In this document: positions 8,398 to 17,762 of the stretch, one piece after another | How the letters are laid out: every line of letters starts with the position of its first letter | Position numbering within the stretch: the first letter of the stretch is position 1 | Source: Campylobacter cuniculorum DSM 23162 = LMG 24588 | GTDB taxonomy: Bacteria; Campylobacterota; Campylobacteria; Campylobacterales; Campylobacteraceae | Direction: 5' to 3' | Assembly (NCBI RefSeq): GCF_002104335.1 | Contig: NZ_CP020867.1 | Location: forward strand, 1,059,206 to 1,091,205 | Length of the DNA stretch: 32,000 bases | Translations under genes and position numbers: made by a program | Notes under the pieces: model-generated | Database searches by the model: none | What the model was told of the DNA's origin: nothing | What the model saw: only the letters and a program-made list of their open reading frames with translations

Positions 8398-10477
8398 AAG
8401 GACTTTCCTTAAGCGGAATTTTAATCTTACCCAAACAAATTCCTATACAAGAAGCAACCACTAATAAAGTTGTTAGCATAAAGAATATACAAAGAATGGC
8501 GTCGAGTAAATTCGCAAATTTAGCCTGCGAAGCAGCTGAAATGTCCTTTTGTATCTTAGCTTTTTCCGCTTCATCGCTTGTTTGTATGAGTTGTTCTTCT
8601 AAAGCTTTGATTTTATCACTATTGATTTTAACTGCTGCAATATGAGAAACGGCATTTGCGACTTTATTGCCCTCTTCATAAGGTAAAACTTTTTGAATTC
8701 CGCCATATAAAGTTGCAACCAAAACAAAAATTGCAGGGATTAAGGTCACCCAAGTGTATTTAGCTTTGCCCATTTTAACTAAAATCGAGGTCACCAAAAG
8801 CAAAGCCATACCCGCTAACATTTGATTGCTCACACCAAAGAGAGGCCAAAGCGTGTAAATTCCGCCTTTAGGATCAATCGCTCCTTGATAAAGAAAATAT
8901 CCCCAACCTGCAACACTTAAAGCTGTGGCAAAAATTCCCGCACCATAGCTATGAATATCGCCTAAAGGTTTATAAACATTACCCAAAATATCTTGCACCA
9001 TAAAACGACATGCTCTCGTTCCCGCATCAACTGCTGTTAAAATGAATAGAGCCTCAAAAAGTATAGCAAAATGATACCAAAATGCCATCAATTCAACTCC
9101 TCCAAAAAGCTCATGTAAAATAAGAGCGACACCGATTGCAAAGGTTGGAGCCCCTCCTGTCCTTGAAAGTATAGTATTTTCTCCTATATTAGAAGTTAAA
9201 ACAGAAATTTCTTCAGGAGTGATAGAAAAGCCCCAATGAGATATAGTTGCTGCAACACCTGCTAAATCTGTGCCTATAATCGCACTTGAAGAATTGATTG
9301 CAAAATAAAGCCCCGGATGTAAAATACAAGCACAAATGAGAGCCATAACTGCAACCGCACTTTCACAAAGCATTGAACCATATCCAACAGCTAGAGCATG
9401 AGTTTCATTTTCTAACATTTTAGGACTTGTTCCACTTGAAATTAAAGCGTGAAAACCACTGATTGCCCCGCAAGCTATGGTTATAAATAAAAATGGAAAA
9501 ATTTCACCTGCAAATACGGGACCTGTGCCATCAAAGTATTGAGGATTAGTTTTTGGCATATACATATCTGGTGCAACAATCACAATAGCAATTGCCATTA
9601 TAACAATAACACCAATTTTTAAAAAAGTTGAAAGATAATCTCGTGGAGCAAGCAAAAACCAAACAGGTAAAACCGCCGCAATAAAACCATAAGCCATTAT
9701 GATTAAAGCTAGAGTTGGGGCATCAAAAGTGAATAATTGAGCCAAAGCTGGATCACTTGCTACAACACTTCCATAATGTATGGCTAAAATTAAGAGAATA
9801 AAGCCTATAATTGAAGCTTCTCCAACTTTTCCGGGTCTTAAAAATCGCATATAAATTCCCATAAAAACCGCAATAGGAATTGTCATAGCAATGGTAAATA
9901 AACCCCAAGGAGAATCTGCTAAAGCCTTCACAACCACCATAGCTAAAATCGCAATGATAATAATCATAATCCCAAAAATTGCAAGCATAGCGACTCCGCC
10001 GGTAAAATTTCCCATTTCATCTTTAATCATCTCTCCTAAAGAGCGACCATTGCGACGCGTAGAGATAAAAAGCACGACAAAATCATGGACCGCACCGGCA
10101 AAAACACCACCGACTAAAATCCAAAGCATAGAAGGCAAATAGCCCAATTGAGCTGCTAAAATAGGACCTACCAAAGGACCTGCACCCGCAATGGCTGCAA
10201 AATGATGTCCAAATAAAACAATTTTATTTGTAGGAACAAAATCATGCCCATCTCCATTGACCACAGCAGGAGTAGCTCGATTTTTATCCAATTCTAAAAC
10301 CTTATAAGCTACGAAACGTCCATAAAATCTGTAACCAATTGCATAGATACATACCGCAGCGACAATTAAATAAATCGCTGAAACAGATTCACCATTTTGC
10401 AAAGCTAAATAACAAAAGCAAAAAGCACCTAAAATCGCTACCAAAAGCCATAAAATTTTAGCTCCAAAGCCACTCAT
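8378..10477 (-). CDS. cstA: carbon starvation protein A family transporter (peptide/pyruvate uptake)
   Basis: Polytopic membrane protein with typical CstA blocks (FGHHFAAIAGAGPLVGP, GYGSMLCES). I place the start at the ATG at 10477 (MSGFGAKILW...), preceded by AAAGGAGA, giving 699 aa. The ORF-track start at 10534 adds 19 residues with no RBS. Confidence 0.9.
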   Translation of the reverse strand: MSGFGAKILWLLVAILGAFCFCYLALQNGESVSAIYLIVAAVCIYAIGYRFYGRFVAYKVLELDKNRATPAVVNGDGHDFVPTNKIVLFGHHFAAIAGAGPLVGPILAAQLGYLPSMLWILVGGVFAGAVHDFVVLFISTRRNGRSLGEMIKDEMGNFTGGVAMLAIFGIMIIIIAILAMVVVKALADSPWGLFTIAMTIPIAVFMGIYMRFLRPGKVGEASIIGFILLILAIHYGSVVASDPALAQLFTFDAPTLALIIMAYGFIAAVLPVWFLLAPRDYLSTFLKIGVIVIMAIAIVIVAPDMYMPKTNPQYFDGTGPVFAGEIFPFLFITIACGAISGFHALISSGTSPKMLENETHALAVGYGSMLCESAVAVMALICACILHPGLYFAINSSSAIIGTDLAGVAATISHWGFSITPEEISVLTSNIGENTILSRTGGAPTFAIGVALILHELFGGVELMAFWYHFAILFEALFILTAVDAGTRACRFMVQDILGNVYKPLGDIHSYGAGIFATALSVAGWGYFLYQGAIDPKGGIYTLWPLFGVSNQMLAGMALLLVTSILVKMGKAKYTWVTLIPAIFVLVATLYGGIQKVLPYEEGNKVANAVSHIAAVKINSDKIKALEEQLIQTSDEAEKAKIQKDISAASQAKFANLLDAILCIFFMLTTLLVVASCIGICLGKIKIPLKESPYVKLNA

Positions 10478-10608
10478 AAATCTCCTTTGTGTTGTAAATA
10501 TTTTAAAAATATAGTCAATTTTTAATAAAAACAAACTAAAAATAAAACGAAACTTAATTTAAATGCCTTAAATTTTTACAAAATGTAACATTAATCCAAG
10601 CTCTTGAC

Positions 10609-11538
10609 TCAAATAAACAAAGAATTAATGCTTTCATTATGATAAATGCGACGAATCACTTCAGCAAAAATGGGTGCGACGCTCAAAATTTTGATATTAG
10701 GAAGCTCTTTTTTTAAAGGAATAGTATCGGTTACGACAAGTTCATCTAAAATTCCACTTGCAATTCTCTCATAAGCTTCTCCGCTTAAAACAGCATGAGT
10801 GCAACATGCTGTGATGGATTTTGCCCCTTTATCTTTTAAAGATTTTGCGGCTTTAACTATAGTCCCGGCTGTATCGATAATATCATCAACCAAAATCACT
10901 TCTTTATCCTTAACATCACCGATGATATTCATCACTTCACTCTCATTTGCTCTTTCCCTACGTTTATCCACGATAACAATATCAAGCCCTAAATCCTTAG
11001 CCACACTTCTGGCTCTAGCAATGCCTCCTATGTCCGGACTTGCAATTATGGGATTTTTAAAATGTTTATTTTTGATGAATTCATTAAAAACAATGCTTCC
11101 ATAAAGATTATCCACAGGAATATCAAAAAAACCTTGAATTTGTCCCGCGTGCAAATCTATCGTTGCAACTCTATCAATTCCAGAAGTTTCAATCAAATTT
11201 GCTACAAGTTTAGCGGTGATAGGAACTCTAGGACTTGCCTTTCTATCTTGTCTTGAATAACCAAAATAAGGCATAATGGCTGTGATAGAATTTGTGCTAG
11301 AGCGTTTAAGGGCATCGGTTAAGATGAGAAGCTCCATTAAATTATCATTTGTCGGCATACAAGTACTTTGTATGATAAAAACATCTTTCCCTCGCACACT
11401 TTCGCTGATTTGAACGCTAATTTCTCCATCACTAAAACGTTTTATATCTGCATTGCTCAAGGGCAAAGAGAGATATTTAGAAATTTTCTTTGCAAGTTCT
11501 ATATTTGCTGAACCTGAAAAAATTTTATAACCACGCAT
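10609..11538 (-). CDS. prs: ribose-phosphate pyrophosphokinase (PRPP synthetase)
   Basis: 309 aa. DLHAGQIQGFF and the PRPP-binding loop ILVDDIIDTAGT. Confidence 0.95.
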   Translation of the reverse strand: MRGYKIFSGSANIELAKKISKYLSLPLSNADIKRFSDGEISVQISESVRGKDVFIIQSTCMPTNDNLMELLILTDALKRSSTNSITAIMPYFGYSRQDRKASPRVPITAKLVANLIETSGIDRVATIDLHAGQIQGFFDIPVDNLYGSIVFNEFIKNKHFKNPIIASPDIGGIARARSVAKDLGLDIVIVDKRRERANESEVMNIIGDVKDKEVILVDDIIDTAGTIVKAAKSLKDKGAKSITACCTHAVLSGEAYERIASGILDELVVTDTIPLKKELPNIKILSVAPIFAEVIRRIYHNESINSLFI

Positions 11539-11799
11539 GAATAACCTTTTTAAATTTTAAGATAAAAGTAAATTCTAATAAAAATAATGTTAAAAATTGC
11601 TTGATAAATTTTTTATAAATTTTTAAAAATTAACAAAAATTTAAATCATAAAACTTTTTTAAACAATTTTCAAACAATTTTGAATTTTAAAAAAATTTAT
11701 ATAAATTTTATCATATTTATTTATCATATTTAACTCTTGGTTTAAATTTTAAGTTTAAACTATGTTCTATCTAATATTATTATAAGCAAAAGGAATTCA

Positions 11800-12540
11800 A
11801 TGAAAAAAATTTTATTATTTGCTCTTTTTGGAATAATCGTGCATTTACAAGCCACTGAAGTTGGCACAGGAAATACCTATAAACCTTTTACCTATGTTGA
11901 TGAAAAAGGTCAAGCGGCGGGATTTGATGTGGAACTTTTAAAAATCTTACAAAATTATGATGAAAAACTTGAATTTCATTTTCGCCCGGTTCCTTTCAAT
12001 GCCTTATTTGCTGGGCTTGATAGCAATAAATTCGACATGTTAGCCCATCAAATTGCTAAAACCAAAGAAAGAGAGGAAAAATACATCTTTTCAGATACGC
12101 CCTATTTTAATGTTATATTAAATATCATCACAGCTGCCGATACAAAAATTGATTCTATAAAAGGACTTCAAAATAAAAGTTTTGGAGCGGTTGTTGGCTC
12201 AAATCAAGCCCTAAAAATTGAAGAATATGCAAAGAAAAATCCCGATTTAAAAATCAAAATTGTATATTTTAAAAATTATGGTACACAGCTTCTTGCTCTA
12301 GCCAATCACCAAATTGATGCAATCTTAGACAATCCTATTGTGGCTTTGGATTACGCTCAATCTGCCGGAGTTGAGATTAAAATCACAGATTTAACCCTGC
12401 AAAAAACCTCTGTGTATTTTGTTTTCAATAAAAAAGATGAAGACCTAAAAAACAGAGTTTCAAAAGCCTTGCAAAGGGCGAGAGAAGATGGAAAACTTAA
12501 AAATCTGTCTCTTAAATATTTCAACAAAGATTACACCTAA
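11800..12540 (+). CDS. polar amino-acid ABC transporter substrate-binding protein (family 3), paralog 1
   Basis: 246 aa with a signal peptide. YKPFTYVDEKGQAAGFDVEL and TKEREEKYIFSDTPY blocks. Confidence 0.8.
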   Translation: MKKILLFALFGIIVHLQATEVGTGNTYKPFTYVDEKGQAAGFDVELLKILQNYDEKLEFHFRPVPFNALFAGLDSNKFDMLAHQIAKTKEREEKYIFSDTPYFNVILNIITAADTKIDSIKGLQNKSFGAVVGSNQALKIEEYAKKNPDLKIKIVYFKNYGTQLLALANHQIDAILDNPIVALDYAQSAGVEIKITDLTLQKTSVYFVFNKKDEDLKNRVSKALQRAREDGKLKNLSLKYFNKDYT

Positions 12541-12555
12541 AATAAAGGAGATAAA

Positions 12556-13299
12556 ATGAAAATTTTAATTGCTATTTTTTTAAGTTTAAGCACACTTTTT
12601 AGTGTAGATCTTAAAGTAGGAAGTGAAAATGCCTATAAGCCTTTTGCTTATTTAGACGAAAAAAATAATGCCACAGGTTATGACAATGAAGTTGTTAAAA
12701 TTGTAGCAAGTTACATCAAAGATGCAAAGCTTGACTTTGTATCTGTGCCTTGGAATGCAATTTTTAGCGGTTTAGATTCTGCTAAATTTGACATAATTGC
12801 AAATCAAATCGTAAAAACTAAAGAAAGAGAGGAAAAATACATCTTTTCTAAATTTCCTTATTTTTATGGTGTAAGCACTTTGATTACGCTTGAAGATAAA
12901 AATATTACAGATATAAAAGAATTAAACAATCCAAAAATAGGAGTTACAGTAGGTTCAAATCACGCCTATCTCTTAGAAAATTATCTCAAAAATAACCCAA
13001 ATTTTAAAGCACAAATTGTATATTATAAAACAAGCCCAACCTTAGTGGCTGACCTTAAAAATAAACGTTTAGATGCTATTGTAAATGACCCTATTGCGAT
13101 TGTTGATTATGCAAAGGCACAAAATATCAAAGTGAAACCGAGTGCATTTGTTTTTGAAAAAGTGCCTGTGTATTTTGTATTCAGAAAGGACTCTAAAAAA
13201 CTCGCAAATTTAGTTGATGAAGCCTTAGAAAAAGCCATCAAAGAAGGAAAAATTTCAGAGCTTTCACTCAAATATTTTGGAGTGGATCAAAGTCAATAA
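12556..13299 (+). CDS. polar amino-acid ABC transporter substrate-binding protein (family 3), paralog 2
   Basis: 247 aa. Collinear with the upstream paralog (YKPFAYLDEKNNATGYDNEV, TKEREEKYIFSKFPY), including a nucleotide-identical stretch over TKEREEKYIFS. Confidence 0.8.
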   Translation: MKILIAIFLSLSTLFSVDLKVGSENAYKPFAYLDEKNNATGYDNEVVKIVASYIKDAKLDFVSVPWNAIFSGLDSAKFDIIANQIVKTKEREEKYIFSKFPYFYGVSTLITLEDKNITDIKELNNPKIGVTVGSNHAYLLENYLKNNPNFKAQIVYYKTSPTLVADLKNKRLDAIVNDPIAIVDYAKAQNIKVKPSAFVFEKVPVYFVFRKDSKKLANLVDEALEKAIKEGKISELSLKYFGVDQSQ

Positions 13300-13992
13300 A
13301 TGTTTGATTTTGCGTATTTTTACCATACAGCACAAAGCTTACTGCCCGGACTTCCCATAAGCTTTTTGATTGCTTCATTTTCTTTTTGCACAGGAGGCTT
13401 ATTGGGGCTTATTTTCGCTCTCATACGCGTCTATAAATTTCCTTTTTTGAATCAAATTGTCATTTTATATGTGTCTTTTTTTAGAGGCACACCCCTGCTC
13501 GTTCAACTCTTTATGTTTTTTTATGGAATTCCTATTTTTCTAAAATCTTTAAATTTTAATTTTAATTTTGCCTTAATCGATGCGATTTATTACGCCTTAG
13601 TCGTTTTTTCTTTATATGCGAGTGCCTATTTAACTGAAATTTTTAGATCGGCTCTTTTAGCCGTAGATAAGGGACAAATCGAAGCGGCTTATTCTGTAGG
13701 AATGAATAATTTTCAAACCCTAAGACGCATTATTTTACCTCAAGCTTTTATGATTACTTTGCCTAATTTGCTCAATTTTTTTATCCTACAAATTAAAAAT
13801 ACCGCCCTTGCTTCTATTATAACCGTTCCTGATCTTATGGGTTTAGCAGATATTGAAGCAGGAAGAAGCTCAAAATTTTTAGAAGTTTATTTAATGGCTG
13901 CGATTATGTATTGGATTTTATGTATGATTTTAGAATTTATTTTTTCAAAAATTGAAAAATATTTTGAGAAATTTAGAAAAAGCTATCATTAA
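13300..13992 (+). CDS. amino-acid ABC transporter permease (His/Glu/Gln/Arg/opine family)
   Basis: 230 aa. EAA loop IEAAYSVGMNNFQTLRRIILPQA. The ATG directly abuts the upstream stop (TAAATG). Confidence 0.85.
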   Translation: MFDFAYFYHTAQSLLPGLPISFLIASFSFCTGGLLGLIFALIRVYKFPFLNQIVILYVSFFRGTPLLVQLFMFFYGIPIFLKSLNFNFNFALIDAIYYALVVFSLYASAYLTEIFRSALLAVDKGQIEAAYSVGMNNFQTLRRIILPQAFMITLPNLLNFFILQIKNTALASIITVPDLMGLADIEAGRSSKFLEVYLMAAIMYWILCMILEFIFSKIEKYFEKFRKSYH

Positions 13993-14029
13993 AATAAAGC
14001 AAAATATTTTAATTGATTCGCTTTTAAAA

Positions 14030-15052
14030 TTATGATAAAATCAAATTTATTTCTTGTTTTGAAATGCATTGTCCTATTATTTTTGCTTTAATTCCCTCAT
14101 CGTGCAGGGCTTTTAAGCAATCTTTAACTTTATCTTCTGACAGAGCCATTAAAAGACCTCCCGAAGTTTGAGGGTCGCAAAGAATTAAATTTTCATCTTT
14201 AATTTTAGGGCAGAATGCCTTAACGAATTCAAAATTTCTATAGGCTCCGCCCGGAATCAAACCACTCTCTAAATACTCCTCAACTCCATCCAAAATAGGA
14301 ACTTCATCTTTAAAAATTTCAATTGAAATGAAACCATTAAGCATTTCACTCAAATGTCCCAAAAGTCCAAAGCCCGTAACATCGCTCATAGCATTTGCCT
14401 TAAATTTTTTAGCAATTTTGCTTGCTTTTAAATTTAAAGTCTGCATACTTTCTAACATAAGATTTAAATGCCTTTCTTGTAATAAATCGCCTTTTAAAGC
14501 TGTGCTTAAAATTCCTACGCCCAAAGGCTTAGTAAGCACGATAAAATCTCCTATTTTTGCTGTATTATTAGCGATAAATTCTTGAGGATTAACAAGACCT
14601 GTTGCACTCAAACCAAAAAACAACTCAGAACTTTCAATCGTATGTCCTCCCACAATCAAAGCTCCACATTCATTCACTTTATCGTTTGCACCCTCTAAAA
14701 GCTCTTGCAATATTTCTAAATCATGATTGCATTTATCAAAACCTACGATATTTAAAGCATTGATTACTTCTGCACCCATAGCAAAAACATCGCTCAAAGA
14801 ATTTGCTGCAGCAATAGCTCCAAAATGATAAGCACTATCAACGATAGGAGTAATAAAATCAAGGGTTTGAACCAAAGCTAAATTTTCATTAAGCTGATAC
14901 ACACTTGCATCTTCATTGTTGCCGATACCACTAAGCAAAGCTGGAGATTTTTGCATAAAGTTTAAAATTGTTTTAAGACCACCCGGGCTTAACTTTGCTG
15001 CACAACCTGCGGCTTTAACATAATGGGTTAATTTTTGATTTTTATACTTCAT
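14030..15052 (-). CDS. selD: selenide, water dikinase (selenophosphate synthetase), Cys-type
   Basis: 340 aa. N-terminal VKAAGCAAKL places Cys17 and Lys20 as in E. coli SelD. PurM-like fold blocks (DVFAMGA, VGGHT). Confidence 0.9.
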   Translation of the reverse strand: MKYKNQKLTHYVKAAGCAAKLSPGGLKTILNFMQKSPALLSGIGNNEDASVYQLNENLALVQTLDFITPIVDSAYHFGAIAAANSLSDVFAMGAEVINALNIVGFDKCNHDLEILQELLEGANDKVNECGALIVGGHTIESSELFFGLSATGLVNPQEFIANNTAKIGDFIVLTKPLGVGILSTALKGDLLQERHLNLMLESMQTLNLKASKIAKKFKANAMSDVTGFGLLGHLSEMLNGFISIEIFKDEVPILDGVEEYLESGLIPGGAYRNFEFVKAFCPKIKDENLILCDPQTSGGLLMALSEDKVKDCLKALHDEGIKAKIIGQCISKQEINLILS

Positions 15053-15364
15053 AAACTCACAAATAAACCCCAGAAAAACATTTAAATTTCAAAAATTATT
15101 ATTTCTACTTTCTCATTTTACCAAAAAAATCTAAATTAAATATAATTTCTAAATAAAACTCTACTAAGTATTTTCTTAATATCACAACTATATGCAATTA
15201 GAATAAAAAATTTATTCTTTAAATTAAAATCGTATTTGAGCTAAAAAAATATTTTAAAATTCAATGAGTTTAAATTTTTTATTATTAATATATCTTAATT
15301 TTTACCATCTCTTTAAAATCCTTTTGATATAATAACAAACAAAAAACTACATAAAGGATTTAAA

Positions 15365-15724
15365 ATGTCAAATTACCCTAAAGCTATAGGACCTTATTCC
15401 GTTTTTCGCCAAACAAATGATTTGCTTTTTATTTCAGGACAAATTCCTATCAATCCAAACACAGGAGAAATTGAGAGTTCAGATATAAAAGAACAAACCC
15501 GACAAGTTTTAAAAAATATCGGTGCAATTTTGAAAGAAAATGGACTAAATTATGATAAAGTTTTAAAAGCTACTTGTTTTTTAACTGAAATTGAAAATTT
15601 CGCGGTTTTTAATGAAATTTATGCTGAATTTTTCACTCCACCCTATCCTGCAAGGTCAGTTTTTGCTGTTAAAGCTCTTCCAAAAAATGCAAAAATTGAA
15701 GTAGAGATTATAGCTCAAAAATAA
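15365..15724 (+). CDS. ridA: RidA/YjgF family reactive-intermediate deaminase
   Basis: 119 aa. AIGPYS...ISGQIP...PARS...VEIE family pattern. Confidence 0.85.
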   Translation: MSNYPKAIGPYSVFRQTNDLLFISGQIPINPNTGEIESSDIKEQTRQVLKNIGAILKENGLNYDKVLKATCFLTEIENFAVFNEIYAEFFTPPYPARSVFAVKALPKNAKIEVEIIAQK

Positions 15725-15761
15725 TTTCTAAATCGAAATTTGTATTAAATTTATATTTTTA

Positions 15762-15791
15762 ATTGTTAAGTTAAAATTGTATCTTAACAAT
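15762..15791 (+). terminator. weak candidate terminator hairpin after ridA
   Basis: 9-bp perfect inverted repeat ATTGTTAAG-N12-CTTAACAAT followed by ATTTTATATTT. The stem is AT-rich, so this is tentative. Confidence 0.3.
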
Positions 15792-16103
15792 ATTTTATAT
15801 TTATTTTATAATTATAATAAATATAAAAAACCAACAACAAATTTTTACATATAAACCTTACACAATCGTGCTTACAACTAGAATTTGCAAATTTCATCAA
15901 AATATCTCAAAAATTTAAAAAACAAAGACTAAAAATAATTAAAATATTCTTTAGTTTAAATCCAAACCAAAGAATTTTAAAATCAAAAATTATTTTTAAG
16001 CAAAATTATATTAAAATTACACTCTAAAAATTACAAGGCTTTAGTTTAAAGCAGTCAGACTCTTTCTTCATTTCTGGCTATCTTAATCCACAGAGGAAAT
16101 TAA

Positions 16104-17321
16104 ATGTTAAAAGACTTTAAACAAAATTTTTTGATAAAATTTTGGTCGCCTATGCCTGCTATCATTGCTCTGGGTGTTATGGCAGCTTATTATTTTGGTT
16201 TAACTGGAACCTACTGGGCAGTTACAGGAGAATTTACCCGTTGGGGCGGACATATTCTTAATTTAATCGGTATTGATACAAACACTTGGGGATATTTCAA
16301 AATCATCGGTTTGCAAGGAGCTCCTTTAGATAGAATCGATGGAATGATGATTATTGGAATGTTTGCAGGAGCCTTAGCGGCAGCTTTAATGGCAAATAAT
16401 GTTAAATTCCGCTTACCGCAAAGTAATATTAGAATTTTTCAAGCTTTAATTGGAGGCATTATTGCTGGTTTTGGGGCAAGGATTGGTATGGGATGCAATT
16501 TAGCGAGTTTTTTCACCGGAATTCCACAATTTTCTCTCCATGCTTGGTTTTTTACCTCAATGACTTTGGCAGGAGTTTGGGTTGGGACTAAAATTGTATT
16601 TTTACCTATATTTCGCTCTCATATTCCTCTCATTAAAGTATCAAACATCAAAGAAATTGAAAATTCAAAAACTAAGGCGGATTTTTTATTTAAATTAGGT
16701 ATTTTAGTTTTAATTGTGGTTGGAATTTGGATTGCTTATTTAATGTTTTTTGGCAATATTTCAGAGGGCAAAAAATCTCAAATTCTTGCCATTGCAATGC
16801 TTTTTGGAGTTGGTTTTGGTTTTGTAATTTCAAGAGCACAAATTTGTTTCACTTCAGCGTTTAGAGATTTATTCATTACAGGACGCGGATATATGGCAAA
16901 AGCAGTAATTATCGGTATGATGGTTTCAACCATAGGAGTTTTTAGCTATATTATGTTAGGCGTTGCACCTAAAATCATGTGGGCAGGTCCTAATGCAATG
17001 ATTGGCGGGTTTTTATTTGGTCTTGGAATTGTGATTGCTGGAGGCTGTGAGTGTGGCTGGATGTATCGTGCGGTTGAAGGACAAGTGCATTATTGGATTG
17101 TAGGGATTGGAAATGTGATTGGTGCGACTTTGCTTGCAGCTACTTGGGATTATTATTCTCAAAATTTAGCGACAAATTTTGCACGTATTAATCTTCTTGA
17201 AAATTTTGGAAATTATGGCGGCTTGATATTAAATTATGTATTATTGTTTTTATTTTTAATCCTTGTTTTATATATTCAAAGACATTGTTTTTTGAAAAAT
17301 AAACATTTTAAAAGGATATAA
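16104..17321 (+). CDS. fdhT: YedE/YeeE-family inner-membrane protein (sulfur/selenium transport), equivalent of C. jejuni FdhT
   Basis: 405 aa polytopic protein. Conserved Cys-containing loops (GMGCNLASFF, SRAQICFTSAF, AGGCECGWMY). Immediately followed by a TusA/YedF-like gene. Confidence 0.8.
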   Translation: MLKDFKQNFLIKFWSPMPAIIALGVMAAYYFGLTGTYWAVTGEFTRWGGHILNLIGIDTNTWGYFKIIGLQGAPLDRIDGMMIIGMFAGALAAALMANNVKFRLPQSNIRIFQALIGGIIAGFGARIGMGCNLASFFTGIPQFSLHAWFFTSMTLAGVWVGTKIVFLPIFRSHIPLIKVSNIKEIENSKTKADFLFKLGILVLIVVGIWIAYLMFFGNISEGKKSQILAIAMLFGVGFGFVISRAQICFTSAFRDLFITGRGYMAKAVIIGMMVSTIGVFSYIMLGVAPKIMWAGPNAMIGGFLFGLGIVIAGGCECGWMYRAVEGQVHYWIVGIGNVIGATLLAATWDYYSQNLATNFARINLLENFGNYGGLILNYVLLFLFLILVLYIQRHCFLKNKHFKRI

Positions 17322-17322
17322 A

Positions 17323-17559
17323 ATGCAAGAAATTATCCCAAATTATCGTTTAGATTTACAAGGTGAGCCTTGTCCCTATCCTGCCATTAGAACTTTAGAA
17401 GTGTTGCCTGAATTAAAAAAGGGTGAAATTTTAGAAGTTTTAAGTGATTGTCCCCAAAGCATTAATAATATTCCTATTGATATAAAAAATTATGGTTATG
17501 AGATGCTTAAAATCGAGCAACTTGGAGCGACAATTCGTTATTTGATTAAAAAGCCTTAA
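17323..17559 (+). CDS. fdhU: TusA/SirA/YedF-like sulfur(selenium)-carrier protein, equivalent of C. jejuni FdhU
   Basis: 78 aa. CPxP motif GEPCPYP. Starts 1 nt after the fdhT stop. Confidence 0.8.
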   Translation: MQEIIPNYRLDLQGEPCPYPAIRTLEVLPELKKGEILEVLSDCPQSINNIPIDIKNYGYEMLKIEQLGATIRYLIKKP

Positions 17560-17648
17560 ATTAAAATGATATATTGTTTTATGGTAAAAATTTTTATGAT
17601 TATTTATGAAATTTTAGCCGTTTGTTTATAGTGTTAAATTTTTAATTA

Positions 17649-17661
17649 AAATTGCACTTAA
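17649..17661 (+). repeat. left copy of the 13-bp direct repeat AAATTGCACTTAA at the island boundary
   Basis: Exact match to 31712..31724. The internal intact gene copy has AAATTGCATTTAA at 19922..19934. Confidence 0.9.
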
Positions 17662-17762
17662 AATTTAAATTTTTATTTTTAATGATGTATTTTTGTTTTG
17701 AAATTGCAATATTTATAGAAATAATACCTTATGGACTTTTAGAAGGAACTATTTCGAAATGA
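17649..17762 (+). pseudogene. orphan 3' end (last ~33 codons plus TGA) of the polytopic membrane-protein gene, whose intact copy is 19556..20035
   Basis: 17649..17928 is near-identical to 19922..20195. The differences are one C/T, one G/A and a 6-nt AAGAAA insertion after the ATG. There is no 5' part upstream; upstream sequence is the fdhU flank. Confidence 0.85.

Noticed and set aside
10478-10534. 19-codon N-terminal extension of cstA (MFLLKIDYIFKIFTTQRRF)
   Set aside because: No RBS precedes it. The internal ATG at 10477 is preceded by AAAGGAGA and begins the typical CstA N-terminus.
13993-14029. A terminator between the convergent permease gene and selD
   Set aside because: Only a 5-bp AAAGC...GCTTT complementarity was seen, which is too weak to call.
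9891-14585. ORF-track entries 9891..10142(+), 10799..11104(+), 11062..11256(+) and 14328..14585(+)
   Set aside because: Antisense shadow ORFs within cstA, prs and selD.
17640-17675. The junction sequence ATTAAAATTGCACTTAAAATT as a dif/Xer-type recombination site
   Set aside because: The arms are only imperfectly palindromic (AATTAAAA versus AATTTTAA) and consist purely of A/T. I cannot recall the epsilonproteobacterial dif sequence exactly enough to compare. It is kept only as something to check under the junction finding.
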